Assembly (NCBI GenBank): GCA_963587345.1
Contig: CAVACW010000001.1
Location: forward strand, 38,645-102,644
Length of the DNA stretch: 64,000 bases
Source: an uncultured Oscillospiraceae bacterium
Lineage (GTDB): Bacteria; Pseudomonadota; Gammaproteobacteria; Burkholderiales; Burkholderiaceae_F
Direction of reading: 5' to 3'
A model generated the notes under the pieces. That model saw nothing but the letters and a program-made list of their open reading frames with translations. It was not told the origin of the DNA and searched no databases. Made by a program: the position numbers and the translations under genes. This document shows positions 13,595-23,461 of this stretch, one piece after another (position 1 is the first letter of the stretch; each line of letters opens with the position of its first letter).

Positions 13595-15498
13595 TAAGCC
13601 CTCGCTCCATGCTTGCGCTTGAGGTAAATCAACAGCAGTGAAATAGCCGCCGGCGTAACCCCAGAAATTCGTCCAGCCTGGCCCAAGGTCGCAGGACGCG
13701 CCTTCTTCAACTTCTGGCGCACTTCAAAGGAAAGCCCCGTGACCGCGTCATAATCCAAATCCTCAGGCATCACCAAAGTTTCATTGGCGAGCGTCCGCGC
13801 AATCTCGTCCTTCTGGCGTTCAATGTAGCCGCTGTACTTAAGTGCAATATCCACCTGTTCTATCTGAGCTTCGTCCGTCAATGTTTCACGTGAAACCATT
13901 TCCCCATTTTTATCCTTGAGGGACATCAGGCAACCGTACTCTACATTCGGACGAGACAAAAGCTGAGCCAGCGAATACTCACGCTCGATTGTCTTTCCGA
14001 GCACTCGTTCAGACTCTTCCTTCTCCAACATCAACGGGTTCACCCAAGTGGACTTCAGACGCTCCAATTCTTTGGCGACAGCTTCACGCTTCTTCACAAA
14101 GCGAGCCCACTTATCTTCGGGCAAGAGTCCCAGCCGATGCGCCGTCTCGGCAAGACGTTCGTCGGCATTATCTTCGCGCAGGCTCAGACGATACTCAGCG
14201 CGGCTTGTAAACATGCGGTACGGTTCCGTCACGCCACGCGTCGTAAGATCATCCACCATGACGCCAAGGTACGCTTCATCGCGACGTGGCGCCCAGGTTT
14301 CACGCCCCAGTGCCTTCAAAGCAGCATTGGCGCCGGCCAGCACGCCCTGAGCAGCCGCCTCTTCATACCCCGTTGTTCCGTTGATTTGTCCAGCAAAGAA
14401 AAGTCCACCGATCTGCTTTGTCTCAAGCGTGCGATAGAGATCACGGGGATCGTAGTAATCGTACTCAATGGCATATCCTGGGCGCACCATGTAGGCATTC
14501 TCGAGTCCAGGAATGCAATGAAGCATGGCAAGCTGAACATCAAAAGGCAGTGACGTCGAGATGCCATTGGGGTAATACTCATTCGTCGTCAAGCCTTCGG
14601 GCTCAAGAAAGATCGGGTGACTGTCCTTTCCGGCAAAACGCTGCACTTTGTCTTCAATCGACGGACAATAGCGCGGCCCAACTCCCTTGATGATGCCAGA
14701 GTACATCGGCGAACGATCAAGATTAGCGAGAATGATTTCGTGCATCTGCTTGTTGGTGTGCGTAATCCAGCAAGGCACCTGCTGAGGGTGCACGATATCT
14801 GGCTCCATCAGAGAGAAGTGCGGCACTGGATTCAAATCCCCTGGCTGTTCCACACACTTACTGAAGTCAATGGAACGCCCGTCAATACGACAAGGCGTAC
14901 CGGTCTTCAATCGTCCCTGATGCAACCCATACGCAATCAACTTTTCCGCCAGCGGAACCGCCGCGGGATCACCAGCGCGTCCTGCGCGGTAATGTTCCAA
15001 TCCCACATGTACCAAGCCATTCAAAAATGTGCCAGCCGAGAGAACAACACTTTTCGTCTTAAACGTGAGATTCGTGCGAACGGTTACCGAAACCACCTGG
15101 CCGTTTTCCACACCAATATCTTCCGCTTCCTGCTGGAATATCCATAAATTCTGCTGTGACTCGATGCGGCGGCGCATCTCCGTGCGATAAAGCTGGCGAT
15201 CAATCTGAGCTCGTGTTGCCCGAACAGCTGGTCCTTTAGAGCCATTCAAAATTCGAAACTGAATACCAGCCACATCAGTGACAGCGCCCATAGCGCCCCC
15301 CAAGGCATCCAGTTCTTTAACCAAATGTCCTTTACCAATACCGCCCACAGACGGATTGCACGAGAGCTGGCCAATGGTTTCTACGTTATGCGTGATCAAC
15401 AGTGTCTTTGCGCCAATGCGGGCAGAGGCTAGCGCCGCTTCCGCGCCAGCATGGCCGCAACCAATGACCACTACATCAAAATTATCGGGAAATAACAT
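13594..15498 (-). CDS. mnmG: tRNA uridine 5-carboxymethylaminomethyl modification enzyme (GidA)
   Basis: [46 protein letters not shown]; start moved to ATG 15498. Confidence 0.98.
   Translation of the reverse strand: MLFPDNFDVVVIGCGHAGAEAALASARIGAKTLLITHNVETIGQLSCNPSVGGIGKGHLVKELDALGGAMGAVTDVAGIQFRILNGSKGPAVRATRAQIDRQLYRTEMRRRIESQQNLWIFQQEAEDIGVENGQVVSVTVRTNLTFKTKSVVLSAGTFLNGLVHVGLEHYRAGRAGDPAAVPLAEKLIAYGLHQGRLKTGTPCRIDGRSIDFSKCVEQPGDLNPVPHFSLMEPDIVHPQQVPCWITHTNKQMHEIILANLDRSPMYSGIIKGVGPRYCPSIEDKVQRFAGKDSHPIFLEPEGLTTNEYYPNGISTSLPFDVQLAMLHCIPGLENAYMVRPGYAIEYDYYDPRDLYRTLETKQIGGLFFAGQINGTTGYEEAAAQGVLAGANAALKALGRETWAPRRDEAYLGVMVDDLTTRGVTEPYRMFTSRAEYRLSLREDNADERLAETAHRLGLLPEDKWARFVKKREAVAKELERLKSTWVNPLMLEKEESERVLGKTIEREYSLAQLLSRPNVEYGCLMSLKDKNGEMVSRETLTDEAQIEQVDIALKYSGYIERQKDEIARTLANETLVMPEDLDYDAVTGLSFEVRQKLKKARPATLGQAGRISGVTPAAISLLLIYLKRKHGARA
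13882..13897. promoter_or_regulatory. parS site inside mnmG
   Basis: TGTTTCACGTGAAACC (read as VSRET in MnmG). Confidence 0.85.
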
Positions 15499-15505
15499 AG
15501 GTAGG

Positions 15506-15521
15506 TGTTTCACGTGAAACA
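15506..15521. promoter_or_regulatory. parS site
   Basis: Perfect palindrome TGTTTCACGTGAAACA. Confidence 0.93.
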
Positions 15522-15531
15522 ATGTCTCGGT

Positions 15532-15564
15532 CAACCGTGTGATTAGACTCTAATCACACGGTTG
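15532..15564. repeat. 33-bp palindrome
   Basis: CAACCGTGTGATTAGA-C-TCTAATCACACGGTTG. Confidence 0.9.
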
Positions 15565-15663
15565 TCTACAACTATCAGCCGAGTGATAAAAATTTCTTGA
15601 TCATTTTAATGAGCAGTTCACTTTTTATCCTCCCTCTCAAATATTTTTTCCTTCAGCCACCAA

Positions 15664-15679
15664 TGTTCCACGTGAAACA
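15664..15679. promoter_or_regulatory. parS site
   Basis: TGTTCCACGTGAAACA. Confidence 0.9.
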
Positions 15680-15709
15680 TAAAACATAAAACAACGCACC
15701 CAGACCAAA

Positions 15710-15725
15710 TGTTTCACGTGGAACA
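15710..15725. promoter_or_regulatory. parS site at the centre of a 65-bp inverted repeat (15686-15750)
   Basis: TGTTTCACGTGGAACA. Confidence 0.9.
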
Positions 15726-15759
15726 ATTAGGTCTGAGTGCGTTGTTTTATTTTTTTCAC

Positions 15760-15775
15760 TGTTTCACGTGAAACA
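15760..15775. promoter_or_regulatory. parS site inside a 28-bp perfect palindrome (15754-15781)
   Basis: TGTTTCACGTGAAACA followed by two more GTGAAACA half-sites. Confidence 0.92.
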
Positions 15776-15795
15776 GTGAAACAGTGAAACAGCTT

Positions 15796-17163
15796 CTATT
15801 TCCCAATGCAGAAGCGGGTGAAGATCATTCCAAGCAAATCGTCTGGCAACACTTGCCCCGTAATTTCACCAATCTCATTACCAGCGAGACGCAACTCCTC
15901 CGCTGCTAGTTCAAGCGTCATCTGCTGCAGATTGGCCTGTACCAGCTCCAAATGCGTCTTTGCACGTGCCAAACAATTCAGATGCCGACTACGAGCCAGA
16001 AAATCCCCTTCATTTTCAATACTCTTCCCTGAAATGCTTTTAAGCCGATCAATCAGCGCATCAATGCCGTCGCCTGTTTTCGCTGACAAAACAACTGTTT
16101 GCGGAGATAAATTTGTCGGACGATTGATATCCGCCTTATTGACGACATCAATGCTGAACACCCCCTCGCGAAGCCGCTCCTGAATCTTCATAGCAGCCCA
16201 GGTGTTGTCTGACTCCGCTCCTGCCGCATCTCTAAGCGACAAAACGACATCTGCATTCTCGACGGCAGCAAGGGTTCGCTCCACCCCGATTTTTTCCACC
16301 GGATCTTCGGTTTTACGCACCCCTGCCGTATCAATGAGATGTACCAGCAATCCGTCCAAGTTGATGTCATGCTCAATGCGGTCCCGCGTCGTGCCGGCGA
16401 TCTCCGTCACAATCGCCACATCGCTTTGCGAGAGCGCATTCATGAGAGAGCTTTTTCCAACATTAGGCGCCCCCACCAGAACCACCGTCAGGCCATCCCG
16501 AAGCACCTTGCCTCGCAACGCCTTCCTTTCAAGATCTGTCAGTTCCAAAAGAATGCCATCAACCTGCTCACGAATTCGTCCGTCAGCAATGAAGTCAATA
16601 TCCTCCTCCGGAAAATCCAGCGTCGCCTCCACATAGGCTCTGAGCTCGGTGATGTGATCACTTACTTTTTGAACCTTTTCAGAAAATACTCCCTGCAACG
16701 TGCGAGTCGCTGCACGTGCTGCCGCGGCAGTTCCGGCGTCGATCAAGTCTGCCACCGCTTCGGCCTGTGCCAAATCCATGCGCCCGTTCAAAAAGGCTCG
16801 TTGCGTAAATTCTCCAGCGTCCGCCAGTCGCAAATTCACCGGACGCCCAACCTCAAGCAATCGATCAATGATCATCTGCAGCACTGCTGTGCCGCCATGC
16901 GCCTGAAATTCAATCACATCCTCGCCAGTGTAGGAATGAGGTCCTTCAAAGTAGAGAATGACCGCCCGATCAATGATGCGTCCTAGCGCATCACACACTG
17001 GCAGCAGCGTCGCTCGACGCGGTTGCAGCGAACGATTGGGAAAAAGTGATTCTGTAATACTAAATATATGCTTTCGACAACCCGACACGCGAACAATGCC
17101 GATGCCGCCACGCCCTGGAGCCGTCGCCCGAGCAACAATGGGATCCTGATCTGAATGCATCAT
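15796..17163 (-). CDS. mnmE: tRNA modification GTPase MnmE (TrmE)
   Basis: ATAPGRGGIG, SYTGED, GAPNVGKSS, DTAG, NKAD, C-terminal FCIGK. Confidence 0.98.
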   Translation of the reverse strand: MMHSDQDPIVARATAPGRGGIGIVRVSGCRKHIFSITESLFPNRSLQPRRATLLPVCDALGRIIDRAVILYFEGPHSYTGEDVIEFQAHGGTAVLQMIIDRLLEVGRPVNLRLADAGEFTQRAFLNGRMDLAQAEAVADLIDAGTAAAARAATRTLQGVFSEKVQKVSDHITELRAYVEATLDFPEEDIDFIADGRIREQVDGILLELTDLERKALRGKVLRDGLTVVLVGAPNVGKSSLMNALSQSDVAIVTEIAGTTRDRIEHDINLDGLLVHLIDTAGVRKTEDPVEKIGVERTLAAVENADVVLSLRDAAGAESDNTWAAMKIQERLREGVFSIDVVNKADINRPTNLSPQTVVLSAKTGDGIDALIDRLKSISGKSIENEGDFLARSRHLNCLARAKTHLELVQANLQQMTLELAAEELRLAGNEIGEITGQVLPDDLLGMIFTRFCIGK

Positions 17164-17247
17164 TTAAAAAGTGAGTGATTGCTTTTTTAGCAGCGGCTGA
17201 ACCGCTATTATCCTGAGTCTGTCCCGACACTTTAACGGACTCCGTCC

Positions 17248-17553
17248 ATGTCGCTTAAAAAAGATCCAAACGAATTCTTCGGCGCACAATTGGCCGGCGC
17301 TTCCCTCGCCGTTGTTGCCAGTGTTCCGCTCGCTGCCTGGCTCGGCAGCTTCTTTGGGGACACCTACAACTCGCGAGTCGCCATCTATGGCGGACTGCTT
17401 CTCTGGGCAATCACCGGCGCCGTCTCCATCTACTTCATTACACGAAATGCTGCCGCACGCTTTTCCGCCAGCCGTTTGCTCCTCTGGTTCACAAGCACCT
17501 GGCTCTGGCCAATTCCCGTAGCCATGTGGTGGCTCAAAAAAACAAAACGGTGA
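17248..17553 (+). CDS. Small hypothetical membrane protein (about 3 TM)
   Basis: Fills the mnmE-yidC gap; hydrophobic, Trp-rich C-terminus; GGA upstream of the ATG. Confidence 0.7.
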   Translation: MSLKKDPNEFFGAQLAGASLAVVASVPLAAWLGSFFGDTYNSRVAIYGGLLLWAITGAVSIYFITRNAAARFSASRLLLWFTSTWLWPIPVAMWWLKKTKR

Positions 17554-17625
17554 AACACCGCCAGGCATTTCACCGCTTCCTTGCCTCGCGCCCGCTTCTT
17601 AAAAGAGCGGGCGCTTGCTTTCAAG

Positions 17626-19368
17626 CTATTTTTTAGCGTTGGCTGCCGCCAGTCGATTGGCGCGCTCAGTCGCAATCTGCTTGTTCACGTACCACTGCTG
17701 CCAGATCGACAGAAGGTTGTTCGTGAGCCAGTAAAGCACGAGGCCCGACGCAAAGAAGAAGAACATCACGCCAAAGACAAGCGGCATCACCACCATCATC
17801 TTCGCCTGCATCGGATCCGTCGGCGTTGGATTCAATTTAATCTGCAGGAACATCGTGAGCATCATCACCGCCGGGAGAATGAACCAAGGGTCCGGCATCG
17901 CGAGATCCGTCACCCAGAAAATCCACTCGGACCCGCGAAGCTCCACCGATGCCAGAAGCACCCAATAGAGCGAAAGGAACACCGGGATTTGCAGGAAGAT
18001 CGGAAGACAGCCGCCCACCGGATTGATCTTCTCACGCTTGTAGAGCTCCATCATCGCCTGCTGATAGCGCTGCTTGTCGTTGCCGTACTGCTCCTGCAAC
18101 GCCTTCATGCGTGGCGTCACTTCCTTCATTCGCGCCATGGACTTGTAGCCCGCAGCAGAAATCGGGTAAAGGATCGCCTTCACGAGACAGGTAAGGAGCA
18201 CAATGGCCCACCCCCAATTGCCGACGAGGCCATGGAGAAAATTCAAGACGGCATAGATGGGCTTAGCGAGGAACGTGAGCCAGCCATAGTCAACCACAAG
18301 ATCAAGACCATCGGCGATATAGGAAAGACGCGCCTGATCCTGCGGACCAACGTAGAGCACTTCCTTCTGCGTCACGGACTTACCAGGCTCAATGTCGTTC
18401 ATGCGAACGATGGAACCGACGGCATAAAGGTCATTATCAAGCTTGGAGGTGTAGAGCTCGCGCTGCACTTTCACATTCTCGCCGCGGACGTCCGCCCAGG
18501 CCGAAAGGAAATAGTGCTGAATCATCGCCACCCAGCCGTTGTCTGCCTTCACAGGACGCTGGTCGGCCACATCATCAAACTTCACCTTCTGGAACTTGTC
18601 TTCGTTGGTGTAGATGGCGGGCCCCGTGTAGGTGTAGTAGAAGGAGCTTTCGCCTTCGGGCTTGGCCCCATCACGAGTGATCTGATAGTAGATGCTCGGA
18701 CGGACCGTTGAGGTACCATTGTTCGTCACCACGTCACGCACCGTGAGGCCATAGTGTCCATCAGAAAGAACGTAATTCTTCTGAACCGTCACTCCGCCCT
18801 GCGTCGCTTCAAACGTAGCCGTCGTCACCTTCACTTCGCGTTTGAGCTCCTTGTCGAACTCATTGGAAGTCTTCGTGCCAACGAACTTGTACTGCGACTT
18901 GTGGTTGGGGAAGTCGCCGCCGATCAGGCCGCTCTGCGCCACATAAACATGCTTTGCGGACACATCAAAAAGAACGATGTTCTTCGGCTCCGGCGCCTTC
19001 TTGCCGAGAATCATGCCAGCGAGCCCCACTTCGGTCCAATCCGCTTCCTGATGCTCCTTCAAGAGCTCGGCACGCGTCACCACCGCCCCCTGCTCGTCAA
19101 TCGTGAGCTTCAGAAGGTCATTAGCAACTTCCACTGGGCTGCCGGTCTGAATCATGCCCTTGGCAACCGCTTCAGAGCCAGCCCCCGTCACGGGAACCGA
19201 AGCGTCGGGCACAGCGGCTACTTCGGACTGAGCCGCCTGCTGTTCGGCTACCTTCGTGGTGCCGAGAAAAGACGGCTTGCCGTTGTAGACCTGCCAGTTG
19301 TCCCACAACATGAAAACTGCGGCGGCCAGAACCACCCACAGAATGGTACGTTGAAAATCGCTTCCCAT
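17626..19368 (-). CDS. yidC: Membrane protein insertase YidC
   Basis: VVDYGWL, GNWGWAIV, NPVGGCLP, SGLVLYW; start ATG 19368. Confidence 0.97.
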   Translation of the reverse strand: MGSDFQRTILWVVLAAAVFMLWDNWQVYNGKPSFLGTTKVAEQQAAQSEVAAVPDASVPVTGAGSEAVAKGMIQTGSPVEVANDLLKLTIDEQGAVVTRAELLKEHQEADWTEVGLAGMILGKKAPEPKNIVLFDVSAKHVYVAQSGLIGGDFPNHKSQYKFVGTKTSNEFDKELKREVKVTTATFEATQGGVTVQKNYVLSDGHYGLTVRDVVTNNGTSTVRPSIYYQITRDGAKPEGESSFYYTYTGPAIYTNEDKFQKVKFDDVADQRPVKADNGWVAMIQHYFLSAWADVRGENVKVQRELYTSKLDNDLYAVGSIVRMNDIEPGKSVTQKEVLYVGPQDQARLSYIADGLDLVVDYGWLTFLAKPIYAVLNFLHGLVGNWGWAIVLLTCLVKAILYPISAAGYKSMARMKEVTPRMKALQEQYGNDKQRYQQAMMELYKREKINPVGGCLPIFLQIPVFLSLYWVLLASVELRGSEWIFWVTDLAMPDPWFILPAVMMLTMFLQIKLNPTPTDPMQAKMMVVMPLVFGVMFFFFASGLVLYWLTNNLLSIWQQWYVNKQIATERANRLAAANAKK

Positions 19369-19451
19369 TTCCGATCTGTCAGTTAAGAAATTGATGTTTC
19401 GTGACGACCCGAGCGCCGGACCGTTCAAACCAAAGGGAGCATTTTAGGCTG

Positions 19452-19745
19452 TCACGCCTGCGGATTCTCTCCCTCTCCGCTCAAAGAAAGCGCTCTTTGC
19501 TCATCGTGCCGCCAGCAGTCCCAGCGAAACCTCTTAGGCACCGGATCCCAGCCCTTGCCGCCCAACGGATGACATCGAAGTATCCGCATCACGGTAAGGT
19601 ACAAGCCGCGCGCCGCGCCGAATCGCTCAAAGGCCTCGATTGAATACTCCGAACAAGTCGGAATGAAGCGGCAGCCGCGGCCGACCCAAGCAGAAAAAAC
19701 GAGCCGGTAAAACTTGACAAGCGCTATGAAGAACTTTGCCGTCAC
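19452..19745 (-). CDS. yidD: Membrane protein insertion efficiency factor
   Basis: [10 protein letters not shown]...RILRCHP..GWDPVP; GTG start overlapping the rnpA stop. Confidence 0.93.
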   Translation of the reverse strand: MTAKFFIALVKFYRLVFSAWVGRGCRFIPTCSEYSIEAFERFGAARGLYLTVMRILRCHPLGGKGWDPVPKRFRWDCWRHDEQRALSLSGEGENPQA

Positions 19746-20203
19746 GCCGCAGCCTTCTGAGAGCGCTCCACCGCTTCCGGCAGGCGCTTCTTCGCTGCCT
19801 TGAGGCACGCCTCAGCGCTACAACGAACTGCCGCCTTGGCTTCCGCAACCGTAATGCCACGTCCGACGTTCTTCAACGGCTGCCTCAAGCGCAGTCCGAT
19901 CTCAAGACCGGCAGAAAGCTCAGCAGCCAGAGCGCGGAAATTCGGCAACTCCTTGCGACAGCAGTCGCGCAACACGCGCTTCACGAGCGCACGATCCACA
20001 CTTCGGGGTACGTTGTGCTTGCCAACCGTAAAACCAAAACGGACGCGACCGATATCCTTGTTCGGAAGAACATTGATGGATACCAGATCACGTCCGAGTC
20101 GGACTGCGCCCGGATCAACCGAGCGCAACAACTTTCCAAAATCCTCAGATTTGATAATCCGCACGGACCTCGGAAAGCCGAGGCGAGTGTTCTGCGAAAT
20201 CAC
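19742..20203 (-). CDS. rnpA: Ribonuclease P protein component
   Basis: [28 protein letters not shown]; lies between rpmH and yidD. Confidence 0.88.
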   Translation of the reverse strand: MISQNTRLGFPRSVRIIKSEDFGKLLRSVDPGAVRLGRDLVSINVLPNKDIGRVRFGFTVGKHNVPRSVDRALVKRVLRDCCRKELPNFRALAAELSAGLEIGLRLRQPLKNVGRGITVAEAKAAVRCSAEACLKAAKKRLPEAVERSQKAAA

Positions 20204-20242
20204 AAAAGCACCCGTAATCGCTTTCTTCGTCCGAAGCGCCGA

Positions 20243-20383
20243 TTAGAGAGCGAGCTTATGACGGCCCTTGGCGCGACGGCGGGCGAGCACGAGGCGGCCG
20301 CCCTTGGTGCGAGAACGAACGAGGAAGCCATGCGTGCGAACACGCTTGATCTTGGAGGGCTGATAGGTACGCTTGGTAGCCAT
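20243..20383 (-). CDS. rpmH: 50S ribosomal protein L34
   Basis: Not in the ORF track; hand translation [46 protein letters not shown]. Confidence 0.97.
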   Translation of the reverse strand: MATKRTYQPSKIKRVRTHGFLVRSRTKGGRLVLARRRAKGRHKLAL

Positions 20384-20557
20384 GATGAATCCTTGCCTTC
20401 AGTAAATAGCTTAAAAAAGGGCGCCGACGCTCTATGGAAAAGGAGCTCAGAGCCGTGTAAACACGAGGCCGAAGGAAAGCCCTGTGAGCTTCGTTCAGCC
20501 GTATGCAAGTCATTTCCGAAGGTCGTCGTCGGACGCCTGGACTTGCGAAAACTCGAT

Positions 20558-20587
20558 ATTACACTCCATTACCCCCCCTTCTGTCAA
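20558..20587 (-). promoter_or_regulatory. Candidate sigma70 promoter of the rpmH operon
   Basis: TTGACA-N18-TGTAAT on the minus strand. Confidence 0.55.
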
Positions 20588-20662
20588 CACCCAACAAGCT
20601 GAAAACCAAAGATTTTTTATGGCACACGTTATTTCGCTCCCTGAGAACGGCAGATCTGGTGG

Positions 20663-20697
20663 TTATCAACAGGTTTTACACAAGCACTTGTGGACAA
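20663..20697. promoter_or_regulatory. Three degenerate DnaA boxes upstream of dnaA (probable autoregulation)
   Basis: TTATCAACA 20663, TTTTACACA 20674, TGTGGACAA 20689. Confidence 0.7.
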
Positions 20698-20886
20698 CGC
20701 GAAAATATTATGCAAAAACAATTTGCACCATCATTTGGTGAAACGCCGTTTGCAAGCTAAAATTCGCCCGCTCAGAAAAATTTGACTCGCCGGCGCCGAC
20801 GCTTTCCCCCATTTTCATGGTTCGACTTCTCGGGTGCTCAGGGCGATTTTTTTGTCATCTGAAAAACAACAACTGAAGCGAATCGT

Positions 20887-22227
20887 ATGTCGGAATTCTG
20901 GAATCAATGTCTCGACGTGCTGCGGCAGAAACATGCGCAGGACGTCTTTCAAACGTGGTTTGCCGATCTCAAGGCTGATGACACGGGACTCGCCGATGGC
21001 GTGCTCACGCTCATCGCCGACTCCTCGGTGAAATCACGGACGATTCAGGAGTCTTACGGCAAATCGATCACCGCCGCCGTCAATCAGGTGGCGGGGCGCG
21101 ACGTTGACATCTCGTGGACCGTCGAGGCCTCCCCCGTGACGCCTCCCCCGGTGCAACCTGTCACGCCCACGCCGGCTAACCTGCAGGAGCAATCGGGCCT
21201 CCTGCCCAATCTCACCTTTGAAAACCTGGTGCTTGGCAGCGCCAACCAGCTCGCCTACGCTTCCGCCATGCAAGTGGCGACTGCCCCCGGCACACAATAC
21301 AACCCGCTCTTCATCTACGGCGGCGTCGGCCTCGGCAAGACGCACCTCATGCATGCCATCGGTCACAAGTTTCTGGAAGCGCACCCCAACGCCCGCGTTC
21401 GCTGCGTCTCCGCTCAGCAGTACATGAGCGAATACACGACCGCGGTGCGCAAGCTCAACAGCCAGGGCGAGCAGGCCATGCAGAGCTTTGAAGCACGATA
21501 TCAGGACCTCGACCTGCTTCTCATCGACGACATTCAGAGCTTTGCCAACCGCGAAGGCACGCAGACGAACTTCTTTCTCGCCTTTGAACGCATGGTGCCG
21601 CGCGGCAAGCAGATCGTTCTCACGAGCGACACCTACCCCCGCAACCTCAAGGACTTTCAGGAGCGTCTTCTCTCGCGCCTCACGCAGGGCCTCGTGGTGT
21701 CGGTGGAACCGCCGGAACTTGAAATGCGCATCCAGATTCTGATGCAGAAAGCGGATCGCTCCGGCCTTGAAATGCCCGAAGACGTCGCCGTCACCATCGC
21801 CAAGCGATTAAAGAGCAACGTCCGAGAATTGGAAGGCGCCGTCCAGCAGGTGCTCGCCTACACCAACTTCCACAATCTGCCGGTTACGATCGACACGGTG
21901 AAGGTGGCGCTTCGCGACATCTTCAAAGTAAGCGCCGTTCCCGTCACGATTGAAAACATTCAGCAAGCGGTCGCCGAGTACTACAACCTCAAGGTGGCCG
22001 ACATGTACTCCAAGTCCCGAAAGGGACCGATCGTTTACGCCCGTCAGGTGGCGATGTATCTTGCGAAGGAACTCACCCAGAAGAGCCTTCCCGAGATCGC
22101 TTCCTTCTTCGGCAAGCGCGACCACACGACCGTGATGTACGCCTGCCGCAAGATTCAAGCCGCCCGCAACACGGACGAAGGCCTGAAGCACGAAATCAAC
22201 ATTCTTGAGCAGCGGCTCAAGAATTGA
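20887..22227 (+). CDS. dnaA: Chromosomal replication initiator DnaA
   Basis: YNPLFIYGGVGLGKTHL, LLIDDIQ, NVRELEGA, RDHTTVMYA. Confidence 0.99.
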   Translation: MSEFWNQCLDVLRQKHAQDVFQTWFADLKADDTGLADGVLTLIADSSVKSRTIQESYGKSITAAVNQVAGRDVDISWTVEASPVTPPPVQPVTPTPANLQEQSGLLPNLTFENLVLGSANQLAYASAMQVATAPGTQYNPLFIYGGVGLGKTHLMHAIGHKFLEAHPNARVRCVSAQQYMSEYTTAVRKLNSQGEQAMQSFEARYQDLDLLLIDDIQSFANREGTQTNFFLAFERMVPRGKQIVLTSDTYPRNLKDFQERLLSRLTQGLVVSVEPPELEMRIQILMQKADRSGLEMPEDVAVTIAKRLKSNVRELEGAVQQVLAYTNFHNLPVTIDTVKVALRDIFKVSAVPVTIENIQQAVAEYYNLKVADMYSKSRKGPIVYARQVAMYLAKELTQKSLPEIASFFGKRDHTTVMYACRKIQAARNTDEGLKHEINILEQRLKN

Positions 22228-22250
22228 CGAGAAGTCCTTGTCAACTCCGC

Positions 22251-22277
22251 AAAATGCCGCCTGAAAGCGGCATTTTT
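22251..22277. terminator. Terminator-like hairpin between dnaA and dnaN
   Basis: AAAATGCCGC-CTGAAA-GCGGCATTTTT. Confidence 0.7.
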
Positions 22278-22348
22278 CAATTACAATAGTTCATTACTCT
22301 GCGTTTCGGCGCAATGAATCTCTAACTGATTTAAAAGGGATTTTCCAA

Positions 22349-23461
22349 ATGCCATTTATCAAGTGCACGCGTGACGCGCTTTTGAAGCCCCTCCAGATCG
22401 TCGGCGGCATCGTTGAAGGCCGCCAGTCGGTGGCCATCCTTTCCAACATCCTCGTGGAAAAGATGAACGAAAAGGTGACCTTCACGGCAACGGATTTGGA
22501 AATCCAGACTCAGGTGACCGCCATGGTGGGCGACGGCGAAGGCGAAGTGAGAACGACGCTTCCCGCTGCAAAGCTCACCGCGCTTTTGAACGCCATCACC
22601 GGCACGAGCACCGAAGTGACGCTCGAAGACGAAGGCCGCCACGTCGTGCTGCGCTCCGGCAACGACGCTCGCTTCAGTCTCGCGCCTCTCGCAGCGGACG
22701 GCTACCCCAAACTCACCGCGGGCACGATGGACGCTGAGATCACCGTGCCCGCCGCCGCCCTGAAGCACATCATCCAGATGGTGCACTTTGCGATGGCGCA
22801 ACAGGACGTCCGCTACTACCTCAACGGTCTTCTTTTCGTGATTGAAGGCGCCACGATTCGCGCCGTCGCCACCGACGGCCATCGCCTCGCCTGCTGCGAC
22901 GCCTCGCTTGAAAGCGAGAGCCCGGTGCGCGTGGAGGCGATTCTTCCCCGCAAGACGGTGATGCAGTTGATCAAGATGCTTCCCGACAACAACGATCCGG
23001 TGAAAGTGGAGATCTGCTCGCAGCAGGCCCGCTTCTCCTTCGGAAACATCGAATTTCTCACGAAGCTGATCGACGGCAAGTTCCCCGACTACAACCGCGT
23101 CATTCCTACGGGCAACGACAAGAAGTTCCTCATCAATCGCGAAGCCCTGATCGGCGCGCTGCGCCGCGCAGCCATTCTCACCAACGAGAAGTTCAAGGGC
23201 CTGCGCTGGGTGATCACCCCCGGGAAGCTTCACATCCAGAGCGCCAACTCCGAAATGGAGGAGGCGGCCGAAGACATTGCGATCACGTACGACGGCGACG
23301 AACTCGATCTCGGCTTCAACGTGACGTACCTCCTCGATGTGCTGGGCAACCTGAAGAACACGGAAGTGTGTTTTGCCTTCGCGAACTCTCAGGGCGCCAC
23401 GCTTCTCACGATGCCTGAAAGCGATCAGTTCCGCTACGTGCTGATGCCGATGCGCATCTGA
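22349..23461 (+). CDS. dnaN: DNA polymerase III beta clamp
   Basis: ATDLEI, QDVRYYLNG, VATDGHRLA, GKFPDY, YVLMPMRI. Confidence 0.99.
   Translation: MPFIKCTRDALLKPLQIVGGIVEGRQSVAILSNILVEKMNEKVTFTATDLEIQTQVTAMVGDGEGEVRTTLPAAKLTALLNAITGTSTEVTLEDEGRHVVLRSGNDARFSLAPLAADGYPKLTAGTMDAEITVPAAALKHIIQMVHFAMAQQDVRYYLNGLLFVIEGATIRAVATDGHRLACCDASLESESPVRVEAILPRKTVMQLIKMLPDNNDPVKVEICSQQARFSFGNIEFLTKLIDGKFPDYNRVIPTGNDKKFLINREALIGALRRAAILTNEKFKGLRWVITPGKLHIQSANSEMEEAAEDIAITYDGDELDLGFNVTYLLDVLGNLKNTEVCFAFANSQGATLLTMPESDQFRYVLMPMRI

Noticed and set aside
15499..15534. N-terminal extension of MnmG ([10 protein letters not shown])
   Set aside because: It is a translation of the parS palindrome; homology starts at ATG 15498.
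15565..15660. AT-rich tract upstream of mnmG as an E. coli-type oriC
   Set aside because: No DnaA boxes; the region is the parS centromere and promoter.
15660..15795. Repeated palindromes as a CRISPR array
   Set aside because: The repeats are 16-bp parS sites with irregular spacing, and no cas genes are present.
20410..20550. SRP RNA, 6S RNA or c-di-GMP riboswitch in the rpmH leader
   Set aside because: Only short partial matches (GAACGAAGC, CACAGGGC); the full conserved cores are missing.
20590..20886. rpmH-dnaA intergenic region as oriC
   Set aside because: Only three degenerate boxes and no trio/DUE module; fits dnaA autoregulation better.
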